From Paraglomus brasilianum (taxonomy: Eukaryota), in NCBI GenBank assembly GCA_910592345.1, contig CAJVPI010000051.1, positions 46,993-66,992 on the forward strand: a DNA stretch of 20,000 nt, written 5' to 3'. The notes below the pieces were generated by a model. The model had not been told where the DNA came from and made no database searches. It saw only the letters and a list, made by a program, of their open reading frames with translations. Positions within the stretch are counted from its first letter, which is position 1; each line of letters begins with the position of its first letter. Position numbers and translations under genes: made by a program. Shown piece after piece: positions 1 through 11,385 of this stretch.

Positions 1-149
1 AAGTTGTACAGGAGAGGGCATTATAGCATATCTGACCTGAAAGCTTTCATATGGAGAGAGAGAAATTATAAACTTAAAATATCACTTATCACAAATGATC
101 GAATATTTACAAGGTTTACAAATATTTCTTTATCAAGGCTTAAGACATA

Positions 150-191
150 CACTCACCGGCAGGCCGAATCGACACTTCTTGCCGGTGAGTG
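150..191. repeat. 42-bp unit with perfect 12-bp inverted arms; possible collapsed Tc1/mariner-type MITE
   Basis: CACTCACCGGCA (150-161) and TGCCGGTGAGTG (180-191) are exact reverse complements. TA precedes the unit and CA follows it. Confidence 0.5.
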
Positions 192-3100
192 CATAAAGTT
201 TAACATGCCTTTGTTCTCAATAATATTTCCAAGAATAGTCTTGGTGAAGTTTGTGTCAATAATAGTATGTGGTTAAAAAGATAAACATAATGTTGGTGGT
301 TAGCGAGGGGTTTTCTTGCTGCCAATTTTGCTACGTGATCCACGGGTTACTTAGTATTATGCCAGTCTCTCGTGCTCCTATTATACGATATCAACTGTGT
401 ATAGATAAGCATTCCCAATCTTCAGGAAGACAAGAATATTATTACGTTACCTGTGCGATTGTGAGTAAACATGCTTTGCGTTAACGTTGCCTCGTATTCC
501 GTTACTCTATACTCAGAGTAGTTGACCCTCTGCTAGCATTGAATATCTCTCTATTCGATAACAAAATCTAGAGGACCATACTTAACTATAAACTATTGGA
601 CTCATAATCTGAATGCGAGATAGTATGGTAACTGACGCCATCCCAAACAACTCCGTCGGTCCAGATAGTAATATCACATTCGTTAACCCTGAACACCGCT
701 GAACCAATAGTTTTCCAATACGACAAAGCTTCACATTTGTAAAAAATTATAAGCAATTATTACTATTATTTATTTTCAAACTTTTTATTACTAAGTAGGT
801 TTAGAATTAATTTTATTTATATTATACTGGTGCACAAATCATCACTGGTCATTTTCATTGCCAATTATTCTTTCACTTTCAAAATCTGGGGCATACTTTT
901 TTGATCTCCAAATATACAGAAGGACAGCAGTCTCTCGAATATCAATTGAATATCATCGACAATCACGCGATTACCATTAAATTAATGAAGCCATATCATT
1001 ATGAACGCAATTGCGGACTAGCTTATCAATTGCTCTTCCTTATCTAACGTTGTAAATGTTCCATTTTTGACGACATATAACTATCTATTTAGTTATTTGT
1101 TTGTCGTAAACAGCTTAGTAATAACATATTTGGTGCTCTGATTATAATATTATTTACGTTGTTAATGTAAACTGCGGGGGTTACAAATAACCAATTTATC
1201 CACGCAAATTTACATGGGTATAATAGTGGGTGAAAAAAGAAAAGAAACGTTTAAAACTTTAAACAAAATTGACTAAACAAAACTGCCGTGTATCAAAGGT
1301 TTAGAAGAGCACAGTTTAAAGTCAGATTAATAAAATGGTCGCAATTCAAATTATTAGTAGAGTTTTTGTATAATATTTGGAAACAGGTGGCCTGGGTAAC
1401 TTAATGGAAGGACCCTTAATATTATACGACTTAATCATCTTCGTATGTTGATTGCACAATCAGGTTTGGAGAGAATCAACAATTAAAAAACAGATAGCTA
1501 TTAGACGAATGGAAGATATGTGATACGTTAACAGCTAAATAACACGGAGCCCAAATGCTATATACTGGTGCAGGTATAGTGAAGATAAATGTGAAAACCA
1601 CATCTACAGATTGAATGTAATCTCCGTAGAAGTAATTCGACGACGTGGTACGAGCAGAATAACGGTTAATTTGTAAGTAAATATTAATATATTGGTTCTA
1701 CCGATTATGAAATGCAACACATTCTTGAAAGAAAAGTTTAATAATAGTGGATATTATTTAATAACTTCTGGGAAAACGTTTTGCCAATTCTATGAGATTT
1801 TCTAATCTCGACAAAAACCATTTTTAATAAAAATGGCGTGCATGATAGGAAAATCTGATGAGAAAACTCATATGATAACAACCCTATTGAGCTAAAGCTA
1901 TAATGATTTGATTAAAACATATTTGAACATAAAATATCTAGCCAATAACGGTCTTATGGTGGAGAATGATGTTCGAGGAATTTTGAAGGAACAGCATATT
2001 TAAAACGTGATACAGATATGTAAATTAACACGTCAGATTCAATTGCAAATAATCCTCCTCCGGATATCTACTAACGTTAGTTAATATAACTTGTAACAAT
2101 GGTGCGATGAAGCACATAAGGGCCGTAATTACGAATTATAGAAGCGAGGAATAAAAACGTGAGAACATAAAGTAGGATGGCTAACTACAGAAAAATGTTG
2201 GAAATTCAGTTGAGATGGGTATTCCAAAATAAATTATAATTGTCTTTCTCTCACGTAATGGCGCACACTCTCTCACAACCACTTCTATTGCTAGTTCACG
2301 CTAAACCAGTTTACGGATATCTATAATTGAACAGTAAATCCTAAGAATGTGTACCTTTCACTAATTCATATTGACTTTTCGTTTCCTCTCTCCTGGCTTC
2401 GAAGAAACTTTCCAAAGTGTCCACACGTACGACATCGTGTCTTCCGGCAAATGGCTATCAATATCCGATATTTAATTTAATTGTAAACAATAGATCGATA
2501 TCAATAATTTAGCCAAATAAGCATAAGATCTACATTATACAAACATTTAATAAACAATCGCCATATGACCAATAAACAAAAAACCACTGCCTTAGTATAT
2601 AATTAATAATACTTCCCATACAAGTAATTTCGTACCAATAACTATGGTAACATTAAACAATAATAGCGCAAGAGAACCATTAAAGAAAAAGCGTCTAAAC
2701 AAAGACGGTTTTCATTCTGGCATAGAAAGAACAGAGATTTTGAAAAAGCATAATATCAGTTCATTTTGGATTATTTTCGCGTATCTAATACGCAATGCCA
2801 CAGTCAAATATTAAGTTTATCAAACATAATGCATTTAACACATACACAAAATAATTTATTATATTATTAAACGTTACAAGAGGACCTTCATAAACTTAGG
2901 AAGACGTTTCGATACTTAAGTAAATTGAGCCAAAACTTAGATAGCGATTTATATAATAATATAAATTAACTAACCTACGCTTAAGAATAGTACAATCATA
3001 ATTGCTATTTTTTTCGTTCTTTTATTTTCATTCATTTCGCAGTAGTTTAATATGCAAATCTCGACGTCAACCAACCATAGTCTAACAAGTCTGCATAAAC

Positions 3101-3582
3101 AGGTGGGGAGAGCGACATTTAATTAGACACTGTGGTGATTATCAACTTATAAACGCAGTGACTGTATGATCGAAATTATTAATAGAGTTGGTTTCTAATG
3201 ATAGTAAAGCAATTAAACAAGTAATTACTATCGGTGCGAAAAAAGACTAAATTTGAGAGCAGGTGGATCCGTTGCTCACGTCATGTATGACGGATTTGGA
3301 TATCTCTCAATATATGAAAGTAGAAGCCAGAAGACAAATAATTGCAGAAATTTGTTTACTGTTTATTCCTAGTGCCCTTTTTGAGGATATTAATAAAACG
3401 CTCAACCTCTTTACCAGGCATACATAACTTGAGTTACGGCTTCGTAGCTAACATAGATAGCCCTTGCCAGAAGCGCTGATTAATTTAGAGAATTAATTCC
3501 CGTACCCACAACGATTATTTGTCGCCCATACAGACGTTGAATGCTCATAACACTCCATCCATACGATGAGCTACGTGACTAC

Positions 3583-3985
3583 CTATTCCTTATGAAGAGA
3601 TAAGCAGTTTAATCTAGCATGATTATGTGGTTCACTTTCTTCATTAAAGTCTGGTAATATACGCAAGAATATTATCCGAATATGAAAAATCGAATACGAA
3701 AAGCCGTGCGTTTCTTGAGATAAGTTGCGATTGCGGTTGCTCAAAAGTGATTCCGAGAAAGTTTGCCGAATTACGTGAGATTTTTCAAGCTCTCTCCGGA
3801 CCTGAGAAATATAGTTTTGATAGCCCTGCTGAAGCAATGGGTGGTGGAATAATAAGTACCTAAAAAAGAAAATGCGTACTAATAAGAGAACGGTTTACTA
3901 CTGAGATCGCAATATTAATATACCTCCCTCTTTATTATTATAGGACTTACCTGACGGCAAATGGTGTAATCACCACGTGTTCATG
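3583..3985 (-). pseudogene. Possible degraded intron-containing gene of unknown family
   Basis: Strong donor CAG|GTAAGT at 3950 and a pyrimidine-rich acceptor at 3860. The spliced frame reads HEHVVITPFAVR-YLLFHHPLLQQGYQNY and runs into ORF 3583-3837. An in-frame TGA lies just upstream and there is no credible start. Confidence 0.3.
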
Positions 3986-4352
3986 GTAATATCAAACCAA
4001 AATATCCCTTACGCCATATCTTTCCCTTCTTCACCTCCCACTGCCATCTTCTTTATTCCCCTCTGCATATTACAAGCTTTAGTAGTTTGGAAATAAAATA
4101 ACCATTGACAAAGACGTTGCTCAAACGCCAATGCAAGAACTCAGACAAGAAATACGTAATTCCGTAAGCAAAACGCAAACACAATGGTCAATCTATACAA
4201 CCAAATAATACTTGACTTTAGTGGTATGGTTTTGCTTAAAAATTGGATATGAAAACTGATGATGTTTTTTCCCTATTTCCTTTAGATCTCAAGCATGACT
4301 AGCCAACTCGAGAATTGCGAGCCTTCGTAGACTATTGTTAAGAATGTTTTTC

Positions 4353-4357
<5 letters not shown>

Positions 4358-4388
<31 letters not shown>
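4358..4388 (+). repeat. Poly(A) tract, 31 nt
   Basis: Directly visible. Confidence 0.95.
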
Positions 4389-4391
<3 letters not shown>

Positions 4392-4430
4392 GATCGAATT
4401 ACTTCAAAATTCTGCCGACCAGAGTTACGC

Positions 4431-4511
4431 GGTCGCATATGCTATGAAGGGGTTGACGAAGAATATGCAAAAGCGGTTACAGCATACCGAAAAGCCGCCG
4501 ACCAAGGATAT
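4431..4511 (+). pseudogene. Isolated Sel1-like repeat fragment
   Basis: GRICYEGVDEEYAKAVTAYRKAADQGY resembles the Sel1 consensus (G..Y..G.GV..D..KA..WY.KAA.QG). No intact gene surrounds it. Confidence 0.6.
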
Positions 4512-4647
4512 TTCGCTCTTTCCAACGATCATTATTGGAAACCAACCATCAGACTGGAATGTGTATCTAAGCAATGAATAGTTTACTGCCTTTATTTTGA
4601 AATGTTCTCAAACCATTTAATACTTGAATGCATTGCTTGATGACATA

Positions 4648-4945
4648 TGTGAAAAACTTTTTGACCTCTCCTCCATCTTGCTCTTAGCTATAGATCTCTC
4701 CACCTATCCTCTTCCTTGGCCTTCTATATCTTGCATCTCTTCTCTCTCCTCACTCCTATAATACCTATACCTCCTCTTCCATTACATCTTCAAAATCTAT
4801 AGCTACCCTCTTTTCTACCTTAGTTGTGGGATCTTATAACCCTCCCTCATTATTGCATGTCTGTCTTTAGATAGAGTTAAAATGAGGTTTAACATGTATA
4901 TGTAGTTCAGCAATAAAGTTGTACTTATTGAAAAACTTTTTGACA
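4648..4945. mobile_element. ~300-bp pyrimidine-rich element bounded by identical 16-bp direct repeats (retro-insertion or solo-LTR-like relic)
   Basis: TGAAAAACTTTTTGAC occurs at 4650-4665 and 4929-4944. AATAAA lies near the right end. The outer ends read TGTGAAAAA...TTTTTGACA. Confidence 0.4.
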
Positions 4946-5080
4946 CCAGTTTTGAGTTCAAAAGATATTGGATCCTCACATTTGTGCGAAAGCCTAATTT
5001 ATAATATGATTTATTATTATAGAAGCAGAAATTGTCATTTGATTCCCTAAATCAGTTAGTGTTCACATGAAAGTTTGTTA

Positions 5081-5082
<2 letters not shown>

Positions 5083-5113
<31 letters not shown>
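5083..5113. repeat. (TTA)~10 microsatellite
   Basis: Directly visible. Confidence 0.9.
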
Positions 5114-5372
5114 GTCACAGCATCTTTTGATGAATCACTCCAGAAAATTGAAGCTAAACCACAATTTATACCCATATAACCTCATTCCAACCAATAGCCT
5201 ACAGATATGTTCAGACATGATGGGACTTCACCAGTGACTGTTGAGAGACTGGACAATCATATTCTTAGGATGGCAAGTACACAAGAAATGGATATGTACC
5301 AACTCAGAATATTTCTAAAAGAATTGAATAATCAGAGACTCTTATTCCTAGAAAATCTTGCTCTAAAAATCT

Positions 5373-6204
5373 TCATTTTATTCCATCCTGAACTACCCAC
5401 TGCCCTTGTTGTTTTGTCAAAATTCTCCCCTTAACCATAACCTTTTTCCCTTGGAAAGCAATTCCACATTCTACAAGCTTCTGGATATGTTCTGAGCATG
5501 CATTCTGACTGATGGTCTTCAATCTGCTTCAATGCATCATCTACCCTTTTTTCAATATTCTCACCACCTTATATTCAAAGATAGCTACACTGGCATTGGG
5601 TATTTCTGATTTCTTCTCAAGAAGTTTATCATATCATCTGAAGCCTGCAAGATCATTTGATCGAATATTGACTCCTCATTTGGTTGCCTCAGTTAACAGG
5701 CCAAGCACAAAGCCATGGTAGAAATCTTCTGCTTTCTTGCCTGACTTTGATCCACCAATGTTGAAGATTGACATCTGTTTCATGACCACGTGCACTTTTG
5801 CAAACAATTTTATGTTGCCTTCCAGAATAGTTTGCACCAATGAGGTGAAGTGGAGAGGCTTAACCAACCTTCCCATTCATTCATCACTTCTTTGTTAGGG
5901 ACATGCAACTCTTTGGGTCCATCTGATTCAGGATCAAGCTTGGTATTGGTTGCTGTGAGATAGCCCATATAGTAGAGCAGGCCAAGCATCATAGATTTCT
6001 AGGTCTTCATAAGAGAGATCTGGTGCAATAACACCTCAAATCAATTTCCCATCAATTAATTTTTCTGTGTTATCATGGAATTGCTCACTTGAGTACCAAA
6101 GCATCTTTTTGATTGCACTGGTGCTTCCTGTTACATTATTGAAATAGTCATTAGCTACCATATGATTAACTTCACCAAGTTATTAATCAAGACTTACCAG
6201 TTTG
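5373..6204 (-). pseudogene. 5'-truncated pseudogene of the AAA-ATPase-like + PD-(D/E)XK nuclease (DUF1703/PDDEXK_9) family
   Basis: Motifs appear in the expected order across frameshifts: TGSTSAIKKML, GLLYYMGYLT, LHVPNKEV, EDFYHGFVLGLL, IRSNDLAGFR*YD, IFEYKV, DDALKQIED, ECGIAFQGKKV, then a stop at 5373-5375. There are three premature TGA stops (6036, 5676, 5634), several frameshifts, and a GT-AG intron at 6128-6197. Confidence 0.85.
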
Positions 6205-7734
6205 ATGTAAATTAGTTTCATATTTATATTTTTATATACACTTAAAAATATTGTAATTCAAGTAAAAGTCTATCTTAATCAACCTGAATGTTAATTACAT
6301 TTGGGCATCATATAATAATAACTTAAAACTGTAATTTACATAAATTTGTTTATAGGTTACAGCTGTGATAATCAAAATGTTATTAGCCAAGTTAATTAAC
6401 TTTCAGCTGCATCAGTCTCTCATTTATGTCACATAACAGAATGTTCACTTTGTTTGGTTTTGTTGCAGCATGCCCCATATGAATATAGAAAAAAAAAAAA
6501 CAAAAACAAAACCTAAAGGACATTTTTTGGCTATTACACAGATAGAAATAAACAATTTCAGACTCAATTAAGCTGCTAATTTGTATATTGATTTTGTCTG
6601 GAGTGTGTCTATGTCTTGTAAATATTCTGATCATGAGTTATAAGCCAGCAGGTATTGAAAATTATTATTATATATATATATAATAGTGCCATTATTATTA
6701 AATAAGTACTCATATCATCCTAAACATTGGTAACAGTCAAGGGAAGTTTGTCATCAAAATGATTTTCAGAAAAACAACATGATCAGCCAAATCTAAGTTT
6801 CCATTGACATAAAAATCGATAAATCCCAGCAGAGTGAATACCTGTCTGGACTGGTTGTTGCACAGCCATTGTTGCAGCCTGGTATCACTCCATTTGCCAG
6901 GCTCTTTCTAACAAGCATTGCCATTGGTAAAGACTGATAGACGCATGCGAGGCACAGGAATCCGTCGAAATTTCCGCATGATTGTATTTTAAGTTTTCGA
7001 GAATTAACAATTTTAGATATTGCTTGATAATAATCACGTGAAATTATTTCCATTTTTGTCACAATGTTTTCGCGCATTTATTACTTTGACACTAACATCA
7101 ACGTCTACATCTATATATAGCACTTTACAAAAGTATCAGAAATTACTGTTGAGTATTTTTTTTTCTATTAAGAGCTTTTGATCACACCAAGGCCTGGGTT
7201 TCGGCCTAGCAACTACATTTTAGCTCTGTGCTCGAATGGATCTCTCTGTTCTGAACGAGCTGAGAACGGTGCTGATTGTATGGACCGCAGTCTCCAGTAT
7301 TAGCCGCCAAGTATTGATCGCAGAAACAGTGCTGCTGTTTGGCTACATTTTTTTGTTAATTGCTTGTCAAATAACTAGTTTAATTCAGCTAATGAAATCG
7401 GTTTACGAGCATTTTCACTATAATTGGACTATCTGAAGCTTGCCCTTGAGAAACTGAAAGAATGGGATGATAGTAAAATTGCTCAGAGAGCGATCAACTT
7501 GCTGAATCGGCAGGCGGTAAATTGTTCTGCTAACGAATGTGCACACAGCATTGCAGTTAATTTTTAATAATTCAATGTGTCTATTTCGTTCCAAGAAGCT
7601 TGAACAAGTATTATACAATATTTACTTAAGACCTGCAATTCTTAATCGCCTTTACTCATATAACTCGCTGTTTTGATTAGGCAAGTCATATTCGCGCTCT
7701 CACGACAACTCTCAGAAAATGCATGAGAATATGA

Positions 7735-7861
7735 TGCCATATCATGATCAGGCGATCAACCAACGGATATTGAAAAACAAACGAGGAATTTGATTCTTGA
7801 TTATATAACAAAGTCCAATAGGTTTGAGAATGAAAAGAGCAAACATTCTTTATAGGGTTTC
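7735..7861 (+). repeat. Inverted duplicate of DNM1 exon 3 with flanking intron sequence
   Basis: Reverse complement of ~10669-10805. The exon copy at 7752-7821 matches 10788-10719 at 69/70 nt. Acceptor AG and donor GT are retained. The intron part has an 11-bp deletion. Confidence 0.95.
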
Positions 7862-8090
7862 AAGTAATTTGATGTCATATGTTCACTTGTCCATAAGATT
7901 ACAATCTAGTATTTGTCAAGTTCGAGATCTTTTTACAACACATATACGCAATTGTTATAAACTAATTCTGTAAAATTGTAAGTCTAATTGTTCAAAATTT
8001 GTCATAAATACGTTTATTTATACAATTTGCAACCGTTTATGGTAACATTTGTCGAATTCTAAAAAATGAAACGTAACGAGTCCACTCTAC

Positions 8091-11000
8091 CTACATGGCC
8101 TCGTTAATTATCTCAAATGCCTTTTTATACACATCAAGCATAGTTTTACATTTCTGTCTCTCGTTTGCGAGATTCTCATCCTCTTGTAACAGATCAGAAA
8201 ACAATTCCTCCTTATACAACTCTGACACTAAGCGGTTCTGGACGGCTTCACGCGAGTAATTAACAAGAAGGTGCATGATGGATTTAGGTACTAAATCCTG
8301 AATTGTCTTCCGAACAATATTAAAATATGATGTAATCAAGGAGCCTAGAATGATGAAATATTATTGTGCAAGAATAATCAATATTTAGCATATCCACGAT
8401 ATAAATTACAAGTCGCGAAAAGTCTAATTCAGAATGACTTACGTATAAGCTGCGCTTCCATTTGTTCCCGCTCGGTTAAATTTGAATTGTCATCGGATAG
8501 CGACGTCTATCGTATTAAACGAGCAAACATCAGTTAGAAAGCTCGCTACCCCGGCGTGTTGTCATCATGACAGTTAATGTCATTTTCATCTTTTTCTATT
8601 TCAATGCTGTATACTCTTTCCCACACGTACACTATCAAACTTCTTCTCCAATTCATCCATATCCATAGGTATGGCCTTAGAATACACACTGGATCGGCCA
8701 CTGCTTCCCTGATCAGGTATTACGGTACGATCTGCTTTGTTGCCACTCCCAAAAAAGTATGTAAGAAAACTTTCACGTTGAGACCATGAATTAGAACCAG
8801 ACGATATCCCGTTTAGGCTGTAATCTCGCATATGGCTATCTGTATAAAGATCCGAATTTGAAGAAGTCTCGAGAGCATCATCTCTTGATGAACTTGTTAG
8901 GCCGTTGGTGGCTTTTTCATTGTGAGACGCATTGCTCAAATTAGCTGTCTGTTTTCGATAGTAAGTACAATACCCCAAATAAAAACAATTAAGTAAAATT
9001 CGAGGTAGGAATCCACACATTTCGTTTGTTTAATTACCCGTCTCTGGTGTTTCTCGACATCCCTTCTTTTTTTTTCATTCTGTTTGACTATATCCGATAT
9101 AGCCCCACCTCCACCAATGAAATCAGGATGATTAGTATTGATGTATGCTCGTTGAATGGCAACAAGACTCTCGACATATTCCGTTGTCGGGGGTAATCGT
9201 TCGCGTAACAAGTCAGAAACTACTTCAAGAAGTTTAGCATGTAGTCTTGGAAATTGATCAAGCTCCTGCTGCCCAATGTTGACATTATTTAGAAGAGTCC
9301 AATTTCATTACCAAAAAGTACCACATGACGTTAGTATCACGGAAATACCTTACTTCCACAGTTATGACATATTTTTATCAATTCCTCGTAAACAAGTTCA
9401 ACGCATCGAATACTTGGCGGTTCTAGCAATTGTATCTGCGGTCTAACCAATAAGTCAAACGCTATTTCTGGAACAAAAAGAAATGGTCGCGGACCAGTGG
9501 AATTACGAATAGCCGTCCTTATGTCTTGTATACTCAAATTGTAGCCGGGTTGAATAGAGTCTAAAGCAGCACCAAAAACGTTATTGAAAATATAATATAT
9601 TCGTGCGCCACCTGATCTGTATGATACAAAACGAATAACGTAAGTCTCAATTGTATTGTACGATAATAAAGTATTTGGTAAACCCACAATTCTTTAGTTG
9701 ATATTTCTTCTGCAGTGCCGTCAATGGATGCCATGAAATCAAGTGCGAATTTGTTGAGAAGTTTTAGTATCAAAGCAGCCTAGATTCAAAATTGGTCATG
9801 TTGTTGCATCAGATATCTGAATTAACATAAGTTACAATTGATAATTATCATGACAAACCTTTTGAGCTTTGCCAGTGAGTGCACCATCTCCATACAATCC
9901 AAGCTCTTGTTGCGTTTGTGAAATAAGAGCATTGATCCGTGCCTTCATATCAGGTAATCTTTCTCGAATATGATTCATGAGAATCTTAAGATGCAATCGA
10001 TGTATTTGTCGATGTGAGCCAATCAAATTAGCCATAATTCCTACTATGAGCGCGAATTTTCTACATTATAAAGTCCTATCTTATAACTACAACTTCTCAT
10101 TTACGCATTATTCATATTACAGCCTACTCATCCATAATAATACCATTGTAAATATACGTCAAAGCGCTACGTACGATATTCAAAGTCTTAGCCAGAAAGG
10201 GCGTTCCACATCTCGAGGAAATGCTCCGATACGCAGGATGATGTTTAAAGAACTCTACTTCTGCCTTCAATGCCTCTGTCATTGGTTTATTGGTGGCAAT
10301 GTCATGTTGACTACGGTTGACAACGCCAATAAATCCGAGTTTAAGCGGATAGACACGTCCCGTGAGAATATCAAGTGCGTTGGTGCCCGCGTCCATCAAA
10401 TCTAATTTAGTCAAGACGCCAATAGTTCGCCGACCTAAAATTTCAAATGGCACATGAGACAACCAATTGCAGAAGGAAAAGACGATCATGCGAGCAAAGC
10501 AACGAGTTTCCAGACAAACCTTCTGAATCAACTTGCTTCGCAAGTTTTAAACTTTCAGAGTTGACCAGATCTACATTCGCCGGACTAACAGCCAGAATTA
10601 TACTGAAAGAGACAAAATTTTACCAAGGTTACGATGAATTACATCCTCCCAATGCTTTCAGTACATGGAAAACCTATAAAGAATGCTTGCTCTTTTCATT
10701 CTCACAATGATATCAAACCTATTGGGCTTTGTTATATAATCAAGAATCAAATTCCTCGTTTGTTTTTCAATATCCGTTGGTTGATCGCCTGATTATGATA
10801 TGACAAATTCGTTAGATGTTCTGTATATAGCTCCCAAAAAAAATAATAGTTGCTTACCAACAGGAATCTAGAATGCAAAAAGCCCAAGGTACAACCAATT
10901 TTTTATTACGCTCACGCTGCCATCAAAATCAATTATTTTCATTATACGTACGCTACCTTCGTCAATCCAGGCAAATCAACCAGTGTCAAATTCAATACTT

Positions 11001-11385
11001 TGGAAGAGAATATCTTCAGATGAATAGGCGATTTTGAAATCCCTTTATTCTGACCAGCGACTCTTGCCGTCTCGGCTTCTATCTCTTTCCTAATCTCCAC
11101 AAAATCGGTAAATTTTTGAGCAGGCGCGTGTAGGAATTCGCCATATTCTTGTGTCGTAGAGTCGTCGGATTGTGATATGTTTACAAGCTGAAGAACTAAC
11201 GGACGGCGAGTAATGATTCCATTCCCTCGCGGTAGAAAATCACGTTGAACAATATTTTCAAGAACAGAGGATTTTCCAGAAGATTGTGAGCCTACTACAA
11301 TGATCTGTGGTAGATCCACAGTTTCACTGCCGATCGTATTGAAAACGTCTTGGAGCTTATTTACCAAAGGAATAAGATCATTCAT
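8091..11385 (-). CDS. DNM1: Dynamin-related GTPase Dnm1/Drp1 (mitochondrial/peroxisomal fission), ~738 aa, 12 exons
   Basis: G1 [13 protein letters not shown] and TKLD motifs; N-terminus [24 protein letters not shown]; insert-B motif FLTYFFG; GED with [13 protein letters not shown]. Hand-spliced exons: 11385-10957, 10867-10858, 10788-10719, 10602-10520, 10434-10175, 9984-9859, 9779-9688, 9616-9349, 9265-9019, 8944-8631, 8506-8443, 8344-8091 (2217 nt, frame preserved). Confidence 0.95.

Noticed and set aside
560..2005. Short protein-like stretches (minus ~590-740; plus ~1766-2003)
   Set aside because: Interrupted by stops and no family recognised; cannot be supported without a search.
4335..4577. 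80-aa ORF with poly-Lys as a real gene
   Set aside because: The poly-Lys comes from the A tract; only the Sel1-like part looks coding-derived.
7190..7207. Small AGGCC...GGCCT hairpin, possible Helitron end or terminator
   Set aside because: The stem is only 5 bp and there is no correctly spaced CTRR end.
9977..10710. Plus-strand ORFs of 142 and 87 aa
   Set aside because: Antisense to DNM1 exons, with no recognisable motifs.
8091..11385. Alternative call as VPS1 or classical dynamin
   Set aside because: The [12 protein letters not shown] start, GGARIYYIF and the FLTYFFG insert-B motif favour Dnm1. There is no PH or proline-rich domain.
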